A stretch of 64,000 nt of DNA from Streptococcus sp. (GTDB taxonomy: Bacteria > Bacillota > Bacilli > Lactobacillales > Streptococcaceae), in contig JAFHAZ010000052.1 of the NCBI GenBank assembly GCA_016939315.1, positions 100,348-164,347 on the forward strand. Reading direction: 5' to 3'. A model generated the notes under the pieces. It had not been told where the DNA came from, did no database searches, and was given only the letters and a program-made list of their open reading frames with translations. Both the position numbers and the translations under genes were made by a program. This document shows, one piece after another, positions 28,074-41,727 of this stretch. Position 1 is the stretch's first letter. Each line of letters begins with the position of its first letter.

Positions 28074-31000
28074 TTAGATTTGTCCTCGGCCTTCACCGTC
28101 AAAGTAAACCCACCATCCTGGACTCACTTCAACCCAACGGTTGACAGCCATTTCACCTGAATTTGGATCAAAGTAACGAACAACACCGTTCACGCGAACC
28201 AAATGACCTTTGATTTGTTTACCATTGTTATCAAAGAGGAGGTTTTGACCATTGATATTAACCATGCCTTTGACAGCATTACCATTACCATCGAAGTAAT
28301 ACCAGCTACCATCAATTTCGTGGAATCGATTACGGTAAAGGTCACCTGAATTTACATCATAGTAACGAAGGTTGCCATCTACGTTTGCCAAAGCACCTTT
28401 GACCTGACGGCCATTTTGATCAAAGTAGAGGTCTTGACCATTGATGTTTTGTGAACCTTTTACGGCTGCTCCATCATTATTGAAGTAAGCCCAAACACCT
28501 GGTTCGATTTCTGCGAAACGGTTGCGAGCCAATTCACCTGAATTAGCATCATAGTAACGGATAGTACCATTCTCATTAACAGTACGTCCTTTAACTTGGA
28601 CACCATTGTTATCGAAGAAGAGTTCTTGACCATTGATGTTTTGGTGACCTGTCACACGTTTACCATTACCATCGTAGTATGCCCAAACGTTATTACCAAT
28701 TTGTACGAATTGGTTGCGGCCTGATATATTGTTATTGTTGTTATCTGGTTTTGGATCTTGTTTACCATTTGCATTCATGACACCGTTTTGGTCGTAGTAG
28801 AATACTTGACCTCTGCGGTTTTGACGATAACCATCACGCAATTGCACACCATTAGCGAGGAAGAAGTATTGTTTACCATCGATAGTCTTTTCACCGATTG
28901 CCATGCGGCCTGAGTTATCAAAGTAGTAAACATTTCCGTCATTATCTTTGATGAAGGCATTCTTAGCACGTTTGCCATCGTTATAACGATAGTAAACACT
29001 GCCCCAGCTCTTCTCAAACTTACCACTACCATCACCGTTTTGGTTGTCGTTGTTAGTAGATTGGTTGCTTCCGACTACTTTTGGAAGGCTAACTTTACCA
29101 CCATTTGTACCGTAGTAACCACTTAGACCATTCTTAAGCACGTACTCTGAACCACGGTCAAGAATGTTAGTACCATTCATGTACTTCGCAGACCACTTCG
29201 TAATCTTCTCGTCAGTAGTCATGCGTTTACCGTTAGAGATTTGAACACGGTCAAAGATTTGTGGGTAGAGACGTTTCAATTCATCAAGGAAGGCACCACC
29301 ATATTTACCTTGGTAGTCATTACCAAAGGTACGTGTTTTAGCGGCATAGAGGCTGTGGTTGATGATTGCGCCATCTTTAGTTTCACCGTAGTTATTAACA
29401 CGAGTTGCAGTAACTACTTCGTCACCTGGAAGGTTGTAGATTTGGTCTGGAACCCAGTCAGCAATCGCTGAAATTCCCACTGCATGGAGGGCTTTAAGAG
29501 CTGCCTTCAAGTCAGCCAATGAACCATACTTGTTGTCCTTACTCATAGCAATGTCATAACGGTCTGTGAAGGCATAACCATTTTGGATGACTGAGTCAAG
29601 GAAAGTACCGTCATCACTTGAAACGTATTGTGGTGCAAGTTCGAATGATGTAATACCCCATGATTTGAAGAGACTAGCATTTTCAGCAATCTTCTTATTA
29701 GTGTATTGTGATGGATTTTGAACGAAGTCTTGGAAGTTAGAGAAACCTTCGTAGATAACTTGTGAATCAAGGGCAGCATTTGATTCGTAGACCAAACCAC
29801 TGCTGTTCTTTTCTTTACTTGGTGCTACACGCACATCTTGAGTTTCAGAAGCTCCTACTGGCACCCAAACAGCAAGGTAACCATCAACTTGAGGGTTACG
29901 GATACCACGGATTTCGTTTGCATTAAATGTCAAATTACCGTTACCATCAGTGTATTTGACAATGCCGTTAGCATCGCTATCATTTAAGTAAGTAGCCACA
30001 CCATCGTTTGTTGTCAAAAGCAATGGACGATAAGCTTGGTTACGGTGAGCCGCACCCATGTTAATTGTCAAGTTGCTTGTCAAACGAAGGGCAGGTTGGT
30101 TTGAAACGATAACTGCCATACCTTGGTTGCGTGTTTCTGCTGTACCAGCATCAGAAGCACTGTTAGCCCCTGTACCGTAACGTACAGAAGTCAAGACACC
30201 TGCAGCATCCCAACCATTAGTATTACCATAACCGATGTAGTTAACCTTCATATCTTGACCACCGGCTGCATAGCGGATACGACCTTTCAAGAGGGTTTCA
30301 ATAGCATCATAATATGGTGATTTTTTGGCCATATATTGACCATCATCTGTGTACATGTCTCCATAGTAAACACGTGGCACAGTATCCTTATGTGTAAGCA
30401 TCAAGGCATAGGCTGATGGGATGTTATATTGTGTGTATTGCTTGTTGGCACTACGCATGTCTCTGTTGTAGATTTCAAAGGCTTTCTTCATTTCATCAAG
30501 AGTGAAGGTATTCCCTGTTGATTGAGGGTTGATTTCATTTTTGATGATTTGACCAATGATTGATTGTACCTCTGAATCGTGGGCACGAACAAATGAGTAG
30601 TTAGCCATACGTTTAGAGTTTTTACCACTTTCAGAACGGTCATTTAAACTATTTGAAATGAGTGGTTCAACTCCTGAACGGTTACCAATTGGACGCAAGA
30701 GTGAATATACCAATGCCAAGTGCATAGGGTCATCCATTGGCAATTGAGCACCTTTGGTGTCTTCATTGTAGTAGGCATCATTGTGAGACCATGCTTCCAA
30801 GATAGACAAGTGCTTAATAGCTTGTTCTTGGCTTTGATCAGAACCATACTTAGCTTTGAAGTAATCTGAAGCAATTTGGAGAAGGTCAGCATTGACATTA
30901 TCCACGGCATCGACACGAACACCATCAAAGTTTTCATCTTCAGAACCACCAGTAATAGTACCGATGTTCATGATGTAGTGGAGCCAGTTCAACTGCTCAG

Positions 31001-32426
31001 CTTGAACCGCTGGGTTTGAGTTGTCGATATCATTTGCCAACAAGAATTCGAAACCACCGTTACTTGTATCCTTAGTATACTTAGGATTGTGTTTACCTGT
31101 TTGGCTAGTTGGCGTGCGGTTCAAAAGACGATAATCAGAGTTAGCATGACTTGTACGACTATCGTTGTTATAGAGAAGGGCACCACCTTGCAAGTGGTCA
31201 CTATTATCAAGATTTTCAGAAGTTGAATTCCAACCTGGTTGGGTCTTCACGAAATTTTTGATAGTTGTACGCAACCAGTCAGTGTTACCTTCACGCGCAA
31301 TACGTTCTTCAATACGCTTTTGAACTTCAAGCGCTGCTTGGTCCATCTGAGTTTGTGAGCTGAATGACGTATAGGTCTGATTGGTACCGAGACCTTGCTC
31401 CTTCATGTAGTTGAGGTAGCTCGCTTGGATAGCCTTGCTTGGCCACCAAACTGTAAGCAATGGACGTTTGTCATTTTCAGTTGAAGCAGTCCACTCTTTA
31501 CCATCTTTCAAGATTTCTTTTGGACGGTACCATGTGTTGGCAGTGAAGTAACCATCAACAAGTTCGATATCTTTATCAGTTGTACCATAAAAGGCATTCT
31601 TGTCACCATTTACAGTAACGTTTGTGTTTGTGCTATCAGCTGATGAACCTGTTCCACCGTTCTTGTCGAAACGGTATTCTTTTTGGTTAGATAATTCACC
31701 AGTTTCAGCGTTGAAGTATTGGCTGCCGCCGTTACGTTCAAGAACATAGTTCTTACGAATAGTGCCGTCATCTTCAACGTAGTATTGTTTTCCATCAATT
31801 GTTTTGATGTGGCTTGGACCATCAGTTACGACAGTGTTAGTTGCTGGAAGGTCGTTGTTTACTACTGTGACAGTATTATTAGCATTGTTTGTATTGCCGT
31901 TAACTGGAGTAGCACGACGGCCTCCTGTAGGACCACGTCGAGCACCAGTCGCACGACGTTCACGTGTCGCTGCGCGATCAGTAACTGTTGTTGTGTCAGT
32001 TGTAGTGTTGTTATTTGTCGTATCAACAGCTGTATCATTGGTTGCTGTTGTATCTGTTGTAGTTGCCGCACGATCAGTACCGACTGGCGCTGCCGTATCA
32101 ACAGCATTCGCTGCAACTGTATTTGTTGTATCAGTTGTCAAATCGAAAGTTGCTGTTGGAGCTGCTTGGTCAGTTGTGACATCGTTTGTCGCTGCAACTG
32201 CTGTAGTTGGATCCTGAGCAGCCGTTGTATCGTTAGATACAGTACCCGTATCAACAGTAATATCGGGGATAGCTACAGTAGCATCCGTGTGTTCGTCGGC
32301 CTGAACGACACCGTCGTTAGTCCCTAAAGAAACCGCTGAGACTGCACCGAGCGACATCCCTGTAACTGCGATGGTTACCCATTGTTTCTTAACTTTGTGC
32401 ATTTTATAATGTACTTTTTTGTCCAT
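28074..32426 (-). CDS. gtfL: GH70 glucansucrase (glucosyltransferase), GtfL-like
   Basis: Catalytic motifs [36 protein letters not shown]; signal [14 protein letters not shown]-terminal glucan-binding repeats; start at MDKK after AAGGAG. The GH70 call is firm; the gtfL symbol rests on recalled N-terminus and size. Confidence 0.9.
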   Translation of the reverse strand: MDKKVHYKMHKVKKQWVTIAVTGMSLGAVSAVSLGTNDGVVQADEHTDATVAIPDITVDTGTVSNDTTAAQDPTTAVAATNDVTTDQAAPTATFDLTTDTTNTVAANAVDTAAPVGTDRAATTTDTTATNDTAVDTTNNNTTTDTTTVTDRAATRERRATGARRGPTGGRRATPVNGNTNNANNTVTVVNNDLPATNTVVTDGPSHIKTIDGKQYYVEDDGTIRKNYVLERNGGSQYFNAETGELSNQKEYRFDKNGGTGSSADSTNTNVTVNGDKNAFYGTTDKDIELVDGYFTANTWYRPKEILKDGKEWTASTENDKRPLLTVWWPSKAIQASYLNYMKEQGLGTNQTYTSFSSQTQMDQAALEVQKRIEERIAREGNTDWLRTTIKNFVKTQPGWNSTSENLDNSDHLQGGALLYNNDSRTSHANSDYRLLNRTPTSQTGKHNPKYTKDTSNGGFEFLLANDIDNSNPAVQAEQLNWLHYIMNIGTITGGSEDENFDGVRVDAVDNVNADLLQIASDYFKAKYGSDQSQEQAIKHLSILEAWSHNDAYYNEDTKGAQLPMDDPMHLALVYSLLRPIGNRSGVEPLISNSLNDRSESGKNSKRMANYSFVRAHDSEVQSIIGQIIKNEINPQSTGNTFTLDEMKKAFEIYNRDMRSANKQYTQYNIPSAYALMLTHKDTVPRVYYGDMYTDDGQYMAKKSPYYDAIETLLKGRIRYAAGGQDMKVNYIGYGNTNGWDAAGVLTSVRYGTGANSASDAGTAETRNQGMAVIVSNQPALRLTSNLTINMGAAHRNQAYRPLLLTTNDGVATYLNDSDANGIVKYTDGNGNLTFNANEIRGIRNPQVDGYLAVWVPVGASETQDVRVAPSKEKNSSGLVYESNAALDSQVIYEGFSNFQDFVQNPSQYTNKKIAENASLFKSWGITSFELAPQYVSSDDGTFLDSVIQNGYAFTDRYDIAMSKDNKYGSLADLKAALKALHAVGISAIADWVPDQIYNLPGDEVVTATRVNNYGETKDGAIINHSLYAAKTRTFGNDYQGKYGGAFLDELKRLYPQIFDRVQISNGKRMTTDEKITKWSAKYMNGTNILDRGSEYVLKNGLSGYYGTNGGKVSLPKVVGSNQSTNNDNQNGDGSGKFEKSWGSVYYRYNDGKRAKNAFIKDNDGNVYYFDNSGRMAIGEKTIDGKQYFFLANGVQLRDGYRQNRRGQVFYYDQNGVMNANGKQDPKPDNNNNNISGRNQFVQIGNNVWAYYDGNGKRVTGHQNINGQELFFDNNGVQVKGRTVNENGTIRYYDANSGELARNRFAEIEPGVWAYFNNDGAAVKGSQNINGQDLYFDQNGRQVKGALANVDGNLRYYDVNSGDLYRNRFHEIDGSWYYFDGNGNAVKGMVNINGQNLLFDNNGKQIKGHLVRVNGVVRYFDPNSGEMAVNRWVEVSPGWWVYFDGEGRGQI

Positions 32427-33019
32427 AATAAAAAGACTCCTTTTTCCCATTTATAGCTTCATTCTAAATCATTGAAAGCTTTTTTTCAATAAGATTCGAT
32501 AAATTTTCATAATTTTTAGAAAAGTCGATCCAAATTTCTAAAACTATTAAATTTAGATAAGCGTTTTAAAATAAAAAATAGCTAATTTTGTTTTTATTTA
32601 GAGACAAAAATAGGATAATATTTCACTATTTAGAATGATTCTTGATAAGAGATTTACTTTTAATCATAAGCCAAAATAATCTAATGGAAAAAGATCAAAT
32701 TCCTAAGACTGCTACTCTTAAATCACCTTAAAACATCAACTTAACCAATCCATTGAGCTGTAAAGATGGGGGCTTTTTTAGGAGACTTTCTCATACTGAA
32801 AATAAATTCTAACTATCTAAGCTATTCCCTTCTTACTGAGGTTTAAGAGTTTCAAGTTCGGTCACTATAGTGCCACAAAAACCAATCACAGAGCGATAAA
32901 TCGTCTCAAAAAAATAGCTCAAAATCTTATCTATCCTGCTGAAACGAAGGAAAAAGGAGTATAATGAAGATGAAAAGAATTAATCTATTTAGACACAAAT
33001 AGAGGGGAAGGTGAGAAAG

Positions 33020-33439
33020 ATGTCAGAACAAAATACAAACTTCAACACGAAACAAGATAAGGTAACGACTGGTCAAGAGGTCACTAAGTCAGACCTCATT
33101 AAGAAGAATGCTCCTGACAACAGTCTTGCTTCTGTTCTCCTTGCAGCCGCATTTTATTCAGCTATTGTTTATCTTGCCATGTTTTGTTTAAATCCTTGGG
33201 GAATACTTTTGATGATTTTCCAAGCACCTAGCTTGATTTGTTACATAATAGCAACCATCTTAGTATGGAAAGGGCGTAAAAAAGGTAATAAAAACTTCTT
33301 AAGCACAAGTATTGGTTTTTATATTGTCTCAATCCTTTTGGCTAATGAGGCTTTTCGATATATACCAATTATGTTAACTATTCTCGTAATAGTGGGAACT
33401 GTGATGTATAAACAAGATAATGAGCAAGACAACAAATAA
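33020..33439 (+). CDS. Hypothetical membrane protein (~4 TM)
   Basis: Hydrophobic ORF followed by a terminator. Start is ATG 33020 or GTG 33011. Confidence 0.75.
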   Translation: MSEQNTNFNTKQDKVTTGQEVTKSDLIKKNAPDNSLASVLLAAAFYSAIVYLAMFCLNPWGILLMIFQAPSLICYIIATILVWKGRKKGNKNFLSTSIGFYIVSILLANEAFRYIPIMLTILVIVGTVMYKQDNEQDNK

Positions 33440-33468
33440 GAGACCATGTTCAAGTGGTCTCTTATTTT
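33433..33468 (+). terminator. Intrinsic terminator
   Basis: AAATAAGAGACCA...TGGTCTCTTATTTT. Confidence 0.8.
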
Positions 33469-33642
33469 TATGTAGTCATTTGTATTTCAAAAGGTCAGTT
33501 CCATTTTGAAACTTTCACAACATCTCCAAATCAAAAAACACCTCTTAGCTAGAATGGTTATCTAACATGAAGGTGGTTTTTATTGTGCTTATCTGAGCAT
33601 TGTAAAGACTTTTACAATCCTGAAATACGAATAGTCTTCGTC

Positions 33643-36600
33643 CTATTCTTCATTTTTCCTACGTTTGGCAAGAAATCCAAGACCAGTTGCAGTTGCCAAG
33701 GCACCCAAGGCCATACCTAATGATGAGTTTTCCTCACCAGTCTTCGGAAGTGCTTGGCTACCACGTTTGTGCTTAGGATCTCTCACTTCAGAAATTGATT
33801 CTGAAACACTTGTTGAAATACTTGTGCTTTCAGAAGCACTAGCTGATTCTGTCGAACTTACTGATTCTGAGGCAGACAATGATGCAGATGTACTTGCTGA
33901 GACTAACGCTGACTCTGAGGCTGACGCAGATGCACTTGAACTTTGCGATTCGCTCAACGATACAGACTCACTTGTAGAAATCGAAGCACTTACTGAGGAT
34001 GAAACAGACTGTGATTCTGAGACTGACTCACTTACTGAAGTTGATTCTGAGTTTAAAACGGATTCTGATTCAGACACAGACGCACTCTCTGAAACGGACT
34101 CGGAGTTCGATACTGACTGCGACTCTGAAATTGAGACACTTACCGAAGTTGAAACTGAGGCAGATGTACTTGCTGACGCTGATGTAGACAATGACTCAGA
34201 TACACTTGTTGAGGTTGAAAGACTTGCTAAGGTACTCAATGACGTTGAAATACTTGTTGAAGCACTTGTGCTTCCAGAGGCACTCAAGAATGCCGATGTA
34301 GAAGCGGACTCGGATACTGAAACGCTTGATGAAGCGGATTCTGAGGCAGATGCACTTGCACTCTGCGATTCGCTCAGCGATACAGACTCACTTGTAGAAA
34401 TCGAAGCACTTACTGAGAGTGACTCACTCAGTGATACTGAATTTGAAACAGATTCTGATTCAGACACTGATGCACTCGCTGAAACTGATTCTGAGTTCGA
34501 TACTGATTGCGACTCTGAAATTGAGACACTTACTGAAGTTGATACTGAGGCAGAGACTGATGCGGATGCACTCGCTGAGGCTGACGCAGACAATGACTCA
34601 GATACACTTGTTGAGGCTGAAAGACTTGCTGAGGTACTCAATGAAGTTGAGATACTTGTTGAAGCACTTGTGCTTTCAGAGGCACTCAAGGATGCTGATG
34701 TAGAAGCTGACTCGGATACTGAAGCGGAGGTGCTCGCTGAGGCTGACGCAGATGCACTTGCACTTTGCGACTCACTCAGTGATACTGAGTTTGAAACAGA
34801 TTCTGATTCAGACACTGATGCACCCGCTGAAACTGATTCTGAGTTCGATACTGATTGCGACTCGGAAATTGAGACACTTACTGAAGTCGATACTGAGGCA
34901 GAGACTGATGCGGATGCACTCGCTGAGGCTGACGCAGACAATGACTCAGATACACTTGTTGAGGCTGAAAGACTTGCTGAGGTACTCAATGAAGTTGAGA
35001 TACTTGTTGAAGTGCTTGTGCTTTCAGAGGCACTCAAGAATACTGATGTAGAAGCTGACTCTGAGACTGAAACGCTTGATGAAGCAGTTTCTGAGGCAGA
35101 TGCACTTGCTGAGGCTGACGCAGAGACTGAGTTTGAGACAGACTGTAATTCTGAGACTGAGGCACTTGTTGCTGCAGACTCGGAATTAGAGACTAATTGT
35201 GATTCACTGATTGAAGCACTTACTGACGCTGACTCGGAGTTTGAGACAGACTGTGATTCAGACACCGATGCACTCTCTGAGGCTGACTCAGAATTAGAAA
35301 CTGATTGTGAGCCTGAAACAGATGCACTCAATGACGCCGACTCACTCAATGATGCTGAGTTAGATGTTGAAATTGATTCACTAGCTGAAATGAAGCTTGA
35401 AGCCGAGTTCGAAATAGATTCTACAGTTGAAATGATTGCAGAAATTGAAGCACTGAAGGCTTGAGACTGGCTTTCAAATACAGAAGCACTCAATGAGCTT
35501 GATGTACTCAATGATACTGACTCTGAAGCAGACACTGATGTACTTGCACTTCGCGATTCACTCAACGATGCAGACTCACTAGCTGAAATTGACGCACTTA
35601 CTGACGCTGATTCTGAGTTTGAAGCAGATTGTGATTCAGAGATTGACGCACTTTCTGAAGCTAATTCTGAGTTAGACACTGATTGTGATTCGCTTACTGA
35701 TGCACTCTCTGAGGCTGATTCTGAGTTTGAAACAGACTGTGATTCAGAAACTGACGCACTTACTGATGCTGACTCTGACGTTGAAGCTGACTGTGATTCT
35801 GAGACAGACGCACTTGTTGATGCAGACTCTGAATTAGACACTGATTGTGATTCTGATACAGAAGCACTTTCTGACGCTGACTCTGAGTTAGACACGGATT
35901 GTGATTCTGAAATTGACGCACTTTCTGACGCTGACTCGGAATTAGACACGGATTGTGATTCTGAAACTGAGGCACTTTCTGACGCTGACTCGGAATTTGA
36001 AACTGATTGCGATTCGCTTACTGATGCACTTTCTGACGCTGACTCTGAGTTTGATGCAGACTGTGATTCAGAAATTGACGCACTGACAGATGCTGATTCT
36101 GAGTTAGACACTGACTGTGATTCGCTTACTGATGCACTTTCTGAAGATGATTCTGAGTTTGACACTGATTGTGATTCTGAAATTGATGCACTCTCTGAGG
36201 CTGATTCGGAATTTGAAACAGACTGTGATTCTGAAATGGATTCACTTACCGATGCTGACTCGGAGTTTGAAACAGACTGTGACTCAGACACTGATGCACT
36301 CTCTGAAGCTGATTCTGAGTTTGACACGGATTGTGATTCTGAAACTGATTCACTTGCTGACGCTGACTCTGAGTTAGACACTGATTGTGATTCTGAAACT
36401 GACGCACTCTCTGAAGCTGATTCTGAGTTTGAAACAGATTGTGATTCTGAAACTGACGCACTTTCTGAAGCTGACTCGGAATTAGACACTGATTGTGATT
36501 CGCTTACTGATGCACTCTCTGAAGCTGATTCGGAATTTGATACAGACTGTGATTCTGAAACTGACGCACTTTCTGACGCTGATTCGGAGTTTGAAACAGA

Positions 36601-39600
36601 CTGTGATTCTGAAATTGACGCACTTACCGATGCTGACTCTGAGTTTGAAGCAGATTGTGATTCAGAAACTGACGCACTCTCTGAGGCTGATTCGGAATTT
36701 GATACAGACTGTGATTCTGAAATTGATTCACTTACTGATGCTGATTCTGAGTTAGACACTGATTGTGATTCTGAGACAGACGCACTTTCTGATGTTGACT
36801 CGGAATTTGATACTGATTGCGATACCGACGTTGACTCACTTACTGACGCTGATTCTGAATTAGACACTGATTGTGATTCTGAGACAGAAGCACTCTCTGA
36901 CGCTGATTCGGAGTTTGAAGCAGACTGTGATTCTGAAACAGATTCACTTTCTGACACTGACTCGGAATTTGAAACTGATTGCGATTCTGAGACAGAGGCA
37001 CTTGTTGATGCTGACTCGGAATTTGAGACTGATTGTGATTCTGAAATTGATTCACTTACTGACGCTGATTCTGAGTTTGCAACGGATTGTGAGGCTGAAA
37101 CTGATGCACTTTCTGAGACTGATTCGGAGTTTGAGACTGACTGTGATTCAGAAACTGACGCACTTTCTGATGCTGATTCTGAGTTAGACACTGATTGCGA
37201 TTCTGAGACAGAGGCACTTACTGACGCTGATTCGGAGTTTGAGACTGACTGTGATTCAGAAACTGACGCACTTTCTGACGCTGATTCGGAGTTTGAAACA
37301 GATTGTGATTCTGATACAGAAGCACTTTCTGACGCTGATTCTGAGTTAGAAACTGATTGTGATTCTGAAACTGATGCACTCTCTGAAGCTGACTCTGAGT
37401 TTGAAACTGATTGTGATTCTGAAATAGAAGCACTTTCTGACGCGGATTCTGAATTTGAAACAGACTGTGATTCTGATACTGACGCACTCTCTGAAGCTGA
37501 TTCTGAGTTAGACACTGATTGTGATTCTGAAACTGAAGCACTTACTGAAGCAGAGACTGAATTTGACTCGGATTGTGACGCTGATGTCGACTCGCTCTCT
37601 GATGCTGACTCTGAGTTTGAGACTGATTGTGATTCAGAGATCGATGCGCTTTCTGAGGATGATTCTGAATGGGAAACTGATTGTGATTCTGAAATGGATT
37701 CACTTTGAGAGATGCTAGTCTTCAAGGACTCACTCAAGGAGCTTGAAACACTCTGTGACTTCACGGCGCTCAAAGACGCACTCGTTGAAGCGGATTGGCT
37801 TTGAGAGACACTTGTCTTCAAGGACTCGCTTAAGGAACTTGAAATGCTCTCCGATTTCAGAGTACTCAAAGATGCACTTGTTGAAGCGGATTCACTTTGC
37901 GAAGCGCTCGTCTTCAAAGACTCACTCAAAGAACTTGAAACACTCGCTGATTTCGCAGCACTCAAAGACGCACTTGTTGATGCTGATTGGCTTTGTGAGA
38001 CGCTTGTCTTCAAGGACTCACTCAAAGAGCTTGAAACACTCGCTGATGTCACGGTACTCAAAGACGCACTCGTTGAAGCAGATTCACTTTGTGAGATGCT
38101 AATCTTCAAGGACTCACTCAAGGAACTTGAAACGCTCGCTGATTTCTCAGTACTCAAAGACGCACTTGTTGAGGTGGATTCACTTTGAGATTGGCTTGTC
38201 TTCAAGGACTCACTTAAGGAACTTGAAACGCTCGCCGATTTCTCAGCACTCAAAGACGCACTCGTTGATGCTGACTGACTTTGTGAAACACTGGTCTTCA
38301 AGGACTCACTCAAGGAACTTGAAACACTCGCTGATTTCTCAGTACTCAAAGACGCGCTTGTTGAAGCGGATTTACTTTGTGAAAGACTTGTCTTCAAAGA
38401 CTCACTCAAGGAACTTGAAACGCTCGCCGATTTCTCAGCACTCAAAGACGCACTTGTTGAAGCAGATTGACTTTGTGAGACGCTGGTCTTCAAGGACTCA
38501 CTTAATGAACTCGAAACACTCTCAGATTTCTCAGCACTCAATGACGCACTCGTTGAGGCTGACTGACTTTGTGAAACGCTGGTCTTCAAGGACTCACTCA
38601 AGGAACTTGAAACACTCGCTGATTTCTCAGCACTCAAAGACGCACTCGTTGAGACTGACTGACTTTGTGAAACGCTGGTCTTCAAGGACTCACTCAAAGA
38701 ACTTGAAACACTCGCTGATTTCACGGCACTCAAAGATGTGCTTGTTGAAGCAGATTGACTTCGAGATTGGCTGGTCTTCAAGGACTCGCTTAATGAACTT
38801 GAAACGCTCGCTGATGTCACGGTACTCAAAGACGCACTTGTTGAAGCGGATTCACTTTGAGAGACGCTGGTCTTCAAGGATTCACTCAAAGAACTTGAGA
38901 CACTCGCTGACTTCACAGTACTCAAAGACGCACTCGTTGAAGCGGATTGACTTCGAGATTGGCTTGTCTTCAACGATTCACTCAAAGAACTTGAGACACT
39001 TTTTGAGGCAACCGTGCTCAATGAAAGGCTGGTCGATGCAGACTGCTTAGCAGACTCACTTCTACTTTGAGAAATCGATTCCTGCTTAGACTGACTAACA
39101 CTTTGCGACACTGACTGGCTGTAATCACTATCCGACAATTTCACCGTCACAACATTGGTCGTACTATCTTTATAAGTAATCGTTACCGTACCATCACTAT
39201 TAACCGTATAAGACTTAATACGGTTTGCGACCTCTGGATTCAAGGCAGACACTGCCGCAATAATCTTACTCTTATCTGCGTCTGTTAGGACAGTCAGGCT
39301 GGTCACCTGAATAGTGCTTGTCGGCGCCACACCCGGTGTACGATCTGACAAGCGACCCTGAGTAATACGAATCTCACCCAAGCCATTTGGACGGTTCATA
39401 TTTGATGCATTGTCAATAGCAGCAACATTACGTTGCCATGTGTTTCGGAAAGAATGATAAAGGTCATCCTTCAAATGAATGGTCGTTGTGATGGTTGCAG
39501 GATTGTCAGTCGTTGCTGTAATATCTCCCGTAATCGGTGCAATATTACCTGTTCCGTACTGGCTACTACCAAAGAAATTGCCATTCAAGGCATTATCATT

Positions 39601-41727
39601 CAAATCGGCTCTTGCAACGACTTTCATTTCTTTAAGCTTGCCACTGTCATCTGTTGCCGTGAAAGTCACAACAGCATCATCACCAGCATAGAGGGTATAG
39701 TTTTTCCCACCACCTTCGAGAGGCGTAGACTTAGGTTCCACACCATCGACAGTCAACTTGGCCGTCACTTCAGGACGCGTTCCGTCCGTTACAGCCACGG
39801 AATTGCTGGCATCTGAATACACCGCATAATCACCATACATGATACGAGCTTTGGCTGTTACACCACCTGTTTGTAACTTAACAGTCGGCGTCACAATCGC
39901 TTGACCTGAAGCATCTGCCAATGCTGTTCCCACTTCGTCGTCATTATTGTATAGAACAACTGTAGAACCTGGCTCAGCTCCCGTCACCGTTACAGGCGTC
40001 TGTGTGTAAGCCTTGTCCAATAATCTCGTTTCAACAGTTGGTGCTGCTAGTCGCTTCACTGGAGCCGTCACATCATTAGTGGTGTTATCTTTATAAGTAA
40101 TGGTTACCACACCAGATGATGAAACCGAATAAGATTTAAAGTCCTTTGAAGTAGCAATATTTGGGTTAGCAGTCTTAAACGCTTCCCAAACCTTATCTTT
40201 TTCAGCCTGAGCGAGACTTCTTGTGTCATTGACAAAAGTACTCGTTGTCACCGCCGTAATCGGATTACGAATACCATCATTTTGCGGCAAAACCTGAATA
40301 CGAAGCGTGCGTGTCACTGACTGCTTAGCCGTATTAGTCACTACAAAAGAAACATTATAAATTTTCCCAGGTGTTACGACCTCTGTCTGCCCAACAGTCC
40401 CCACAATATTAAAGGCGACTGCACTATTTTTCAATGCAGTGGTCTGAGGCACGTTGATACCATTCACACGATCACTACCAGAAGCGTAGCCAATGCTTTT
40501 AATACTATTTCGTGTAGGATTAGTTTCAACAACATTATAAGCCTGATTGATGTAATCAGAGTTATAAACAGAAATCAAGGCATTGTTAGCCAGACCTAAA
40601 TTATACTGGGGTGCACGGAGGTTACTATTAGCATCAATACGAGAACCATTACGAGGATCACGCTGACCAGATGTCGCACGGAGCACCGCATTGGCAAGAC
40701 TATTTCTAGCCTGACGAGCCTGAGCAATCGTAGGTGCCACATCACTGTCATGATCAGCCAGGCTGACACGAATGGCATCCAGGGCTTTATCTCCCTTGAG
40801 AATAGCAGCATCCGTATTTGGCAAATCGACAGCTTGAGCTTTATAGGTATAAATATCTAAGGCAAGATCTTTGAGACGCTTTTCTTGCTCTAAACGCTCA
40901 GCATCTGCCACAACTGAGGCAGCTAGCAGACCAGTCGCCGTTTCTGACAATTGGCGATTCGTTTGAACTTCGGATGTCAAGGAAGCGTTTAATAAGGTTG
41001 ACTCCGAGCTGACAAGAGTCATCCCCACTTTAGAGTCGCTACTGCTATCACTCTTGCTAACTGACTGAACAGAGGCACTTGCGCTTTGCTCTGAAGTTTT
41101 TCCAAGCGTACTCTCAGACTGACTGTGAGCAGAAGAATCCGTCTGACTTACTGATTCCGATTTAGAAGCTAATGAAGCTGACAATGAAACTGAAAGCGAG
41201 GTACTCAATGACAAGGATGTCGATTTTGAAGCTAATTCAGAAGCAGACACCGATTGGCTGCGTGATAAAGACTCACTCAAAGAAGCCTCCGAAGTCTGAC
41301 TTGACGCAGTTTCAGATGACACTTGACTATTTACTTGACTCTCTTGAACACTGGACACAGACTCCATATTTCCAAGAACAACGGAATCAGATGCAGCCAA
41401 GAGATCAATCTTAGCTCCTGCTTCACTTTCCAAAATCGACTGATCAGTCATTTCATCCGCATGAGCTACTTGAGTCACAACAGAACCACCTAACAAGGCC
41501 CCCGTTGCAAGCACTCCCTTAAGCACTGTCTGACCTGAAAAAGCAGGTGCATCCACCTCTACCTGATGGGCAGCAACAGACGGTGTATCCACACCCCCTC
41601 TAAGCACCTTGAAAAGACCAAAATTCGACGTCGCCGCACGAAGCCAGTGCTTCCCTGACTTAACCAATTTAAAGCGTGTCACACGATCGGTTTCACGATA
41701 TTGACCTTCATTCCTTCTAAAAAACAT
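33643..41727 (-). CDS. Serine-rich repeat glycoprotein adhesin (2694 aa) with tandem Siglec/Unique-like binding region
   Basis: ~90-aa [15 protein letters not shown] signal, SRR1, non-repeat region, long S-X repeats, LPKTG plus hydrophobic segment and KRRK tail. Confidence 0.93.
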   Translation of the reverse strand: MFFRRNEGQYRETDRVTRFKLVKSGKHWLRAATSNFGLFKVLRGGVDTPSVAAHQVEVDAPAFSGQTVLKGVLATGALLGGSVVTQVAHADEMTDQSILESEAGAKIDLLAASDSVVLGNMESVSSVQESQVNSQVSSETASSQTSEASLSESLSRSQSVSASELASKSTSLSLSTSLSVSLSASLASKSESVSQTDSSAHSQSESTLGKTSEQSASASVQSVSKSDSSSDSKVGMTLVSSESTLLNASLTSEVQTNRQLSETATGLLAASVVADAERLEQEKRLKDLALDIYTYKAQAVDLPNTDAAILKGDKALDAIRVSLADHDSDVAPTIAQARQARNSLANAVLRATSGQRDPRNGSRIDANSNLRAPQYNLGLANNALISVYNSDYINQAYNVVETNPTRNSIKSIGYASGSDRVNGINVPQTTALKNSAVAFNIVGTVGQTEVVTPGKIYNVSFVVTNTAKQSVTRTLRIQVLPQNDGIRNPITAVTTSTFVNDTRSLAQAEKDKVWEAFKTANPNIATSKDFKSYSVSSSGVVTITYKDNTTNDVTAPVKRLAAPTVETRLLDKAYTQTPVTVTGAEPGSTVVLYNNDDEVGTALADASGQAIVTPTVKLQTGGVTAKARIMYGDYAVYSDASNSVAVTDGTRPEVTAKLTVDGVEPKSTPLEGGGKNYTLYAGDDAVVTFTATDDSGKLKEMKVVARADLNDNALNGNFFGSSQYGTGNIAPITGDITATTDNPATITTTIHLKDDLYHSFRNTWQRNVAAIDNASNMNRPNGLGEIRITQGRLSDRTPGVAPTSTIQVTSLTVLTDADKSKIIAAVSALNPEVANRIKSYTVNSDGTVTITYKDSTTNVVTVKLSDSDYSQSVSQSVSQSKQESISQSRSESAKQSASTSLSLSTVASKSVSSSLSESLKTSQSRSQSASTSASLSTVKSASVSSSLSESLKTSVSQSESASTSASLSTVTSASVSSSLSESLKTSQSRSQSASTSTSLSAVKSASVSSSLSESLKTSVSQSQSVSTSASLSAEKSASVSSSLSESLKTSVSQSQSASTSASLSAEKSESVSSSLSESLKTSVSQSQSASTSASLSAEKSASVSSSLSESLKTSLSQSKSASTSASLSTEKSASVSSSLSESLKTSVSQSQSASTSASLSAEKSASVSSSLSESLKTSQSQSESTSTSASLSTEKSASVSSSLSESLKISISQSESASTSASLSTVTSASVSSSLSESLKTSVSQSQSASTSASLSAAKSASVSSSLSESLKTSASQSESASTSASLSTLKSESISSSLSESLKTSVSQSQSASTSASLSAVKSQSVSSSLSESLKTSISQSESISESQSVSHSESSSESASISESQSVSNSESASESESTSASQSESNSVSASVSASVSESQSVSNSESASESASVSESQSVSNSESASESASISESQSVSNSESASESASVSESQSVSNSESASESASVSESQSVSNSESASESASVSESQSVSNSESASVSASVSESQSVSNSESASESASVSESQSVSNSESVSESASVSASQSVANSESASVSESISESQSVSNSESASTSASVSESQSVSNSESVSESESVSESQSASNSESASESASVSESQSVSNSESASVSESTSVSQSVSNSESTSESASVSESQSVSNSESASVSESISESQSVSNSESASESASVSESQSASNSESASVSASISESQSVSNSESASESASVSESQSVSNSESASESASVSESQSVSNSESASESASVSESQSVSNSESASESASVSESQSVSNSESASASESVSESQSVSNSESASESASVSESQSVSNSESASVSESISESQSVSNSESASESASISESQSVSNSESSSESASVSESQSVSNSESASVSASISESQSASNSESASESASVSESQSVSNSESASESASVSESQSVSNSESASESASISESQSVSNSESASESASVSESQSVSNSESASTSASVSESQSASTSESASVSASVSESQSVSNSESASESASVSESQSVSNSELASESASISESQSASNSESASVSASISASESASLSESRSASTSVSASESVSLSTSSSLSASVFESQSQAFSASISAIISTVESISNSASSFISASESISTSNSASLSESASLSASVSGSQSVSNSESASESASVSESQSVSNSESASVSASISESQLVSNSESAATSASVSELQSVSNSVSASASASASASETASSSVSVSESASTSVFLSASESTSTSTSISTSLSTSASLSASTSVSESLSASASASASASVSASVSTSVSVSISESQSVSNSESVSAGASVSESESVSNSVSLSESQSASASASASASTSASVSESASTSASLSASESTSASTSISTSLSTSASLSASTSVSESLSASASASASASVSASVSTSVSVSISESQSVSNSESVSASASVSESESVSNSVSLSESLSVSASISTSESVSLSESQSASASASESASSSVSVSESASTSAFLSASGSTSASTSISTSLSTLASLSTSTSVSESLSTSASASTSASVSTSVSVSISESQSVSNSESVSESASVSESESVLNSESTSVSESVSESQSVSSSVSASISTSESVSLSESQSSSASASASESALVSASTSASLSASESVSSTESASASESTSISTSVSESISEVRDPKHKRGSQALPKTGEENSSLGMALGALATATGLGFLAKRRKNEE
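35600..37650 (-). repeat. 54-bp (18-aa) tandem serine repeats
   Basis: Unit [18 protein letters not shown]; the same unit occurs at ~44500-45640 in the neighbouring SRRP. Confidence 0.85.
37700..39040 (-). repeat. Fourteen copies of a 96-bp (32-aa) Lys-containing serine repeat
   Basis: Unit like [32 protein letters not shown]; 14 SLSESLK cores counted in the translation. Confidence 0.85.

Noticed and set aside
27915..28160. 81-aa plus-strand ORF overlapping the glucansucrase 3' end
   Set aside because: TTG start without RBS, runs through the terminator and antisense into gtf; no recognisable motif.
32501..32570. CodY-like (AATTTTTAGAAAAGT) and cre-like words upstream of the glucansucrase
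   Set aside because: Two or more mismatches in very AT-rich DNA; cannot be distinguished from chance by eye.
32716..32735. Possible CiaR box upstream of the glucansucrase (TTTAAG-gtga-TTTAAG, minus strand)
   Set aside because: Spacer is 4 bp rather than 5 and there is no convincing -10 at the expected distance.
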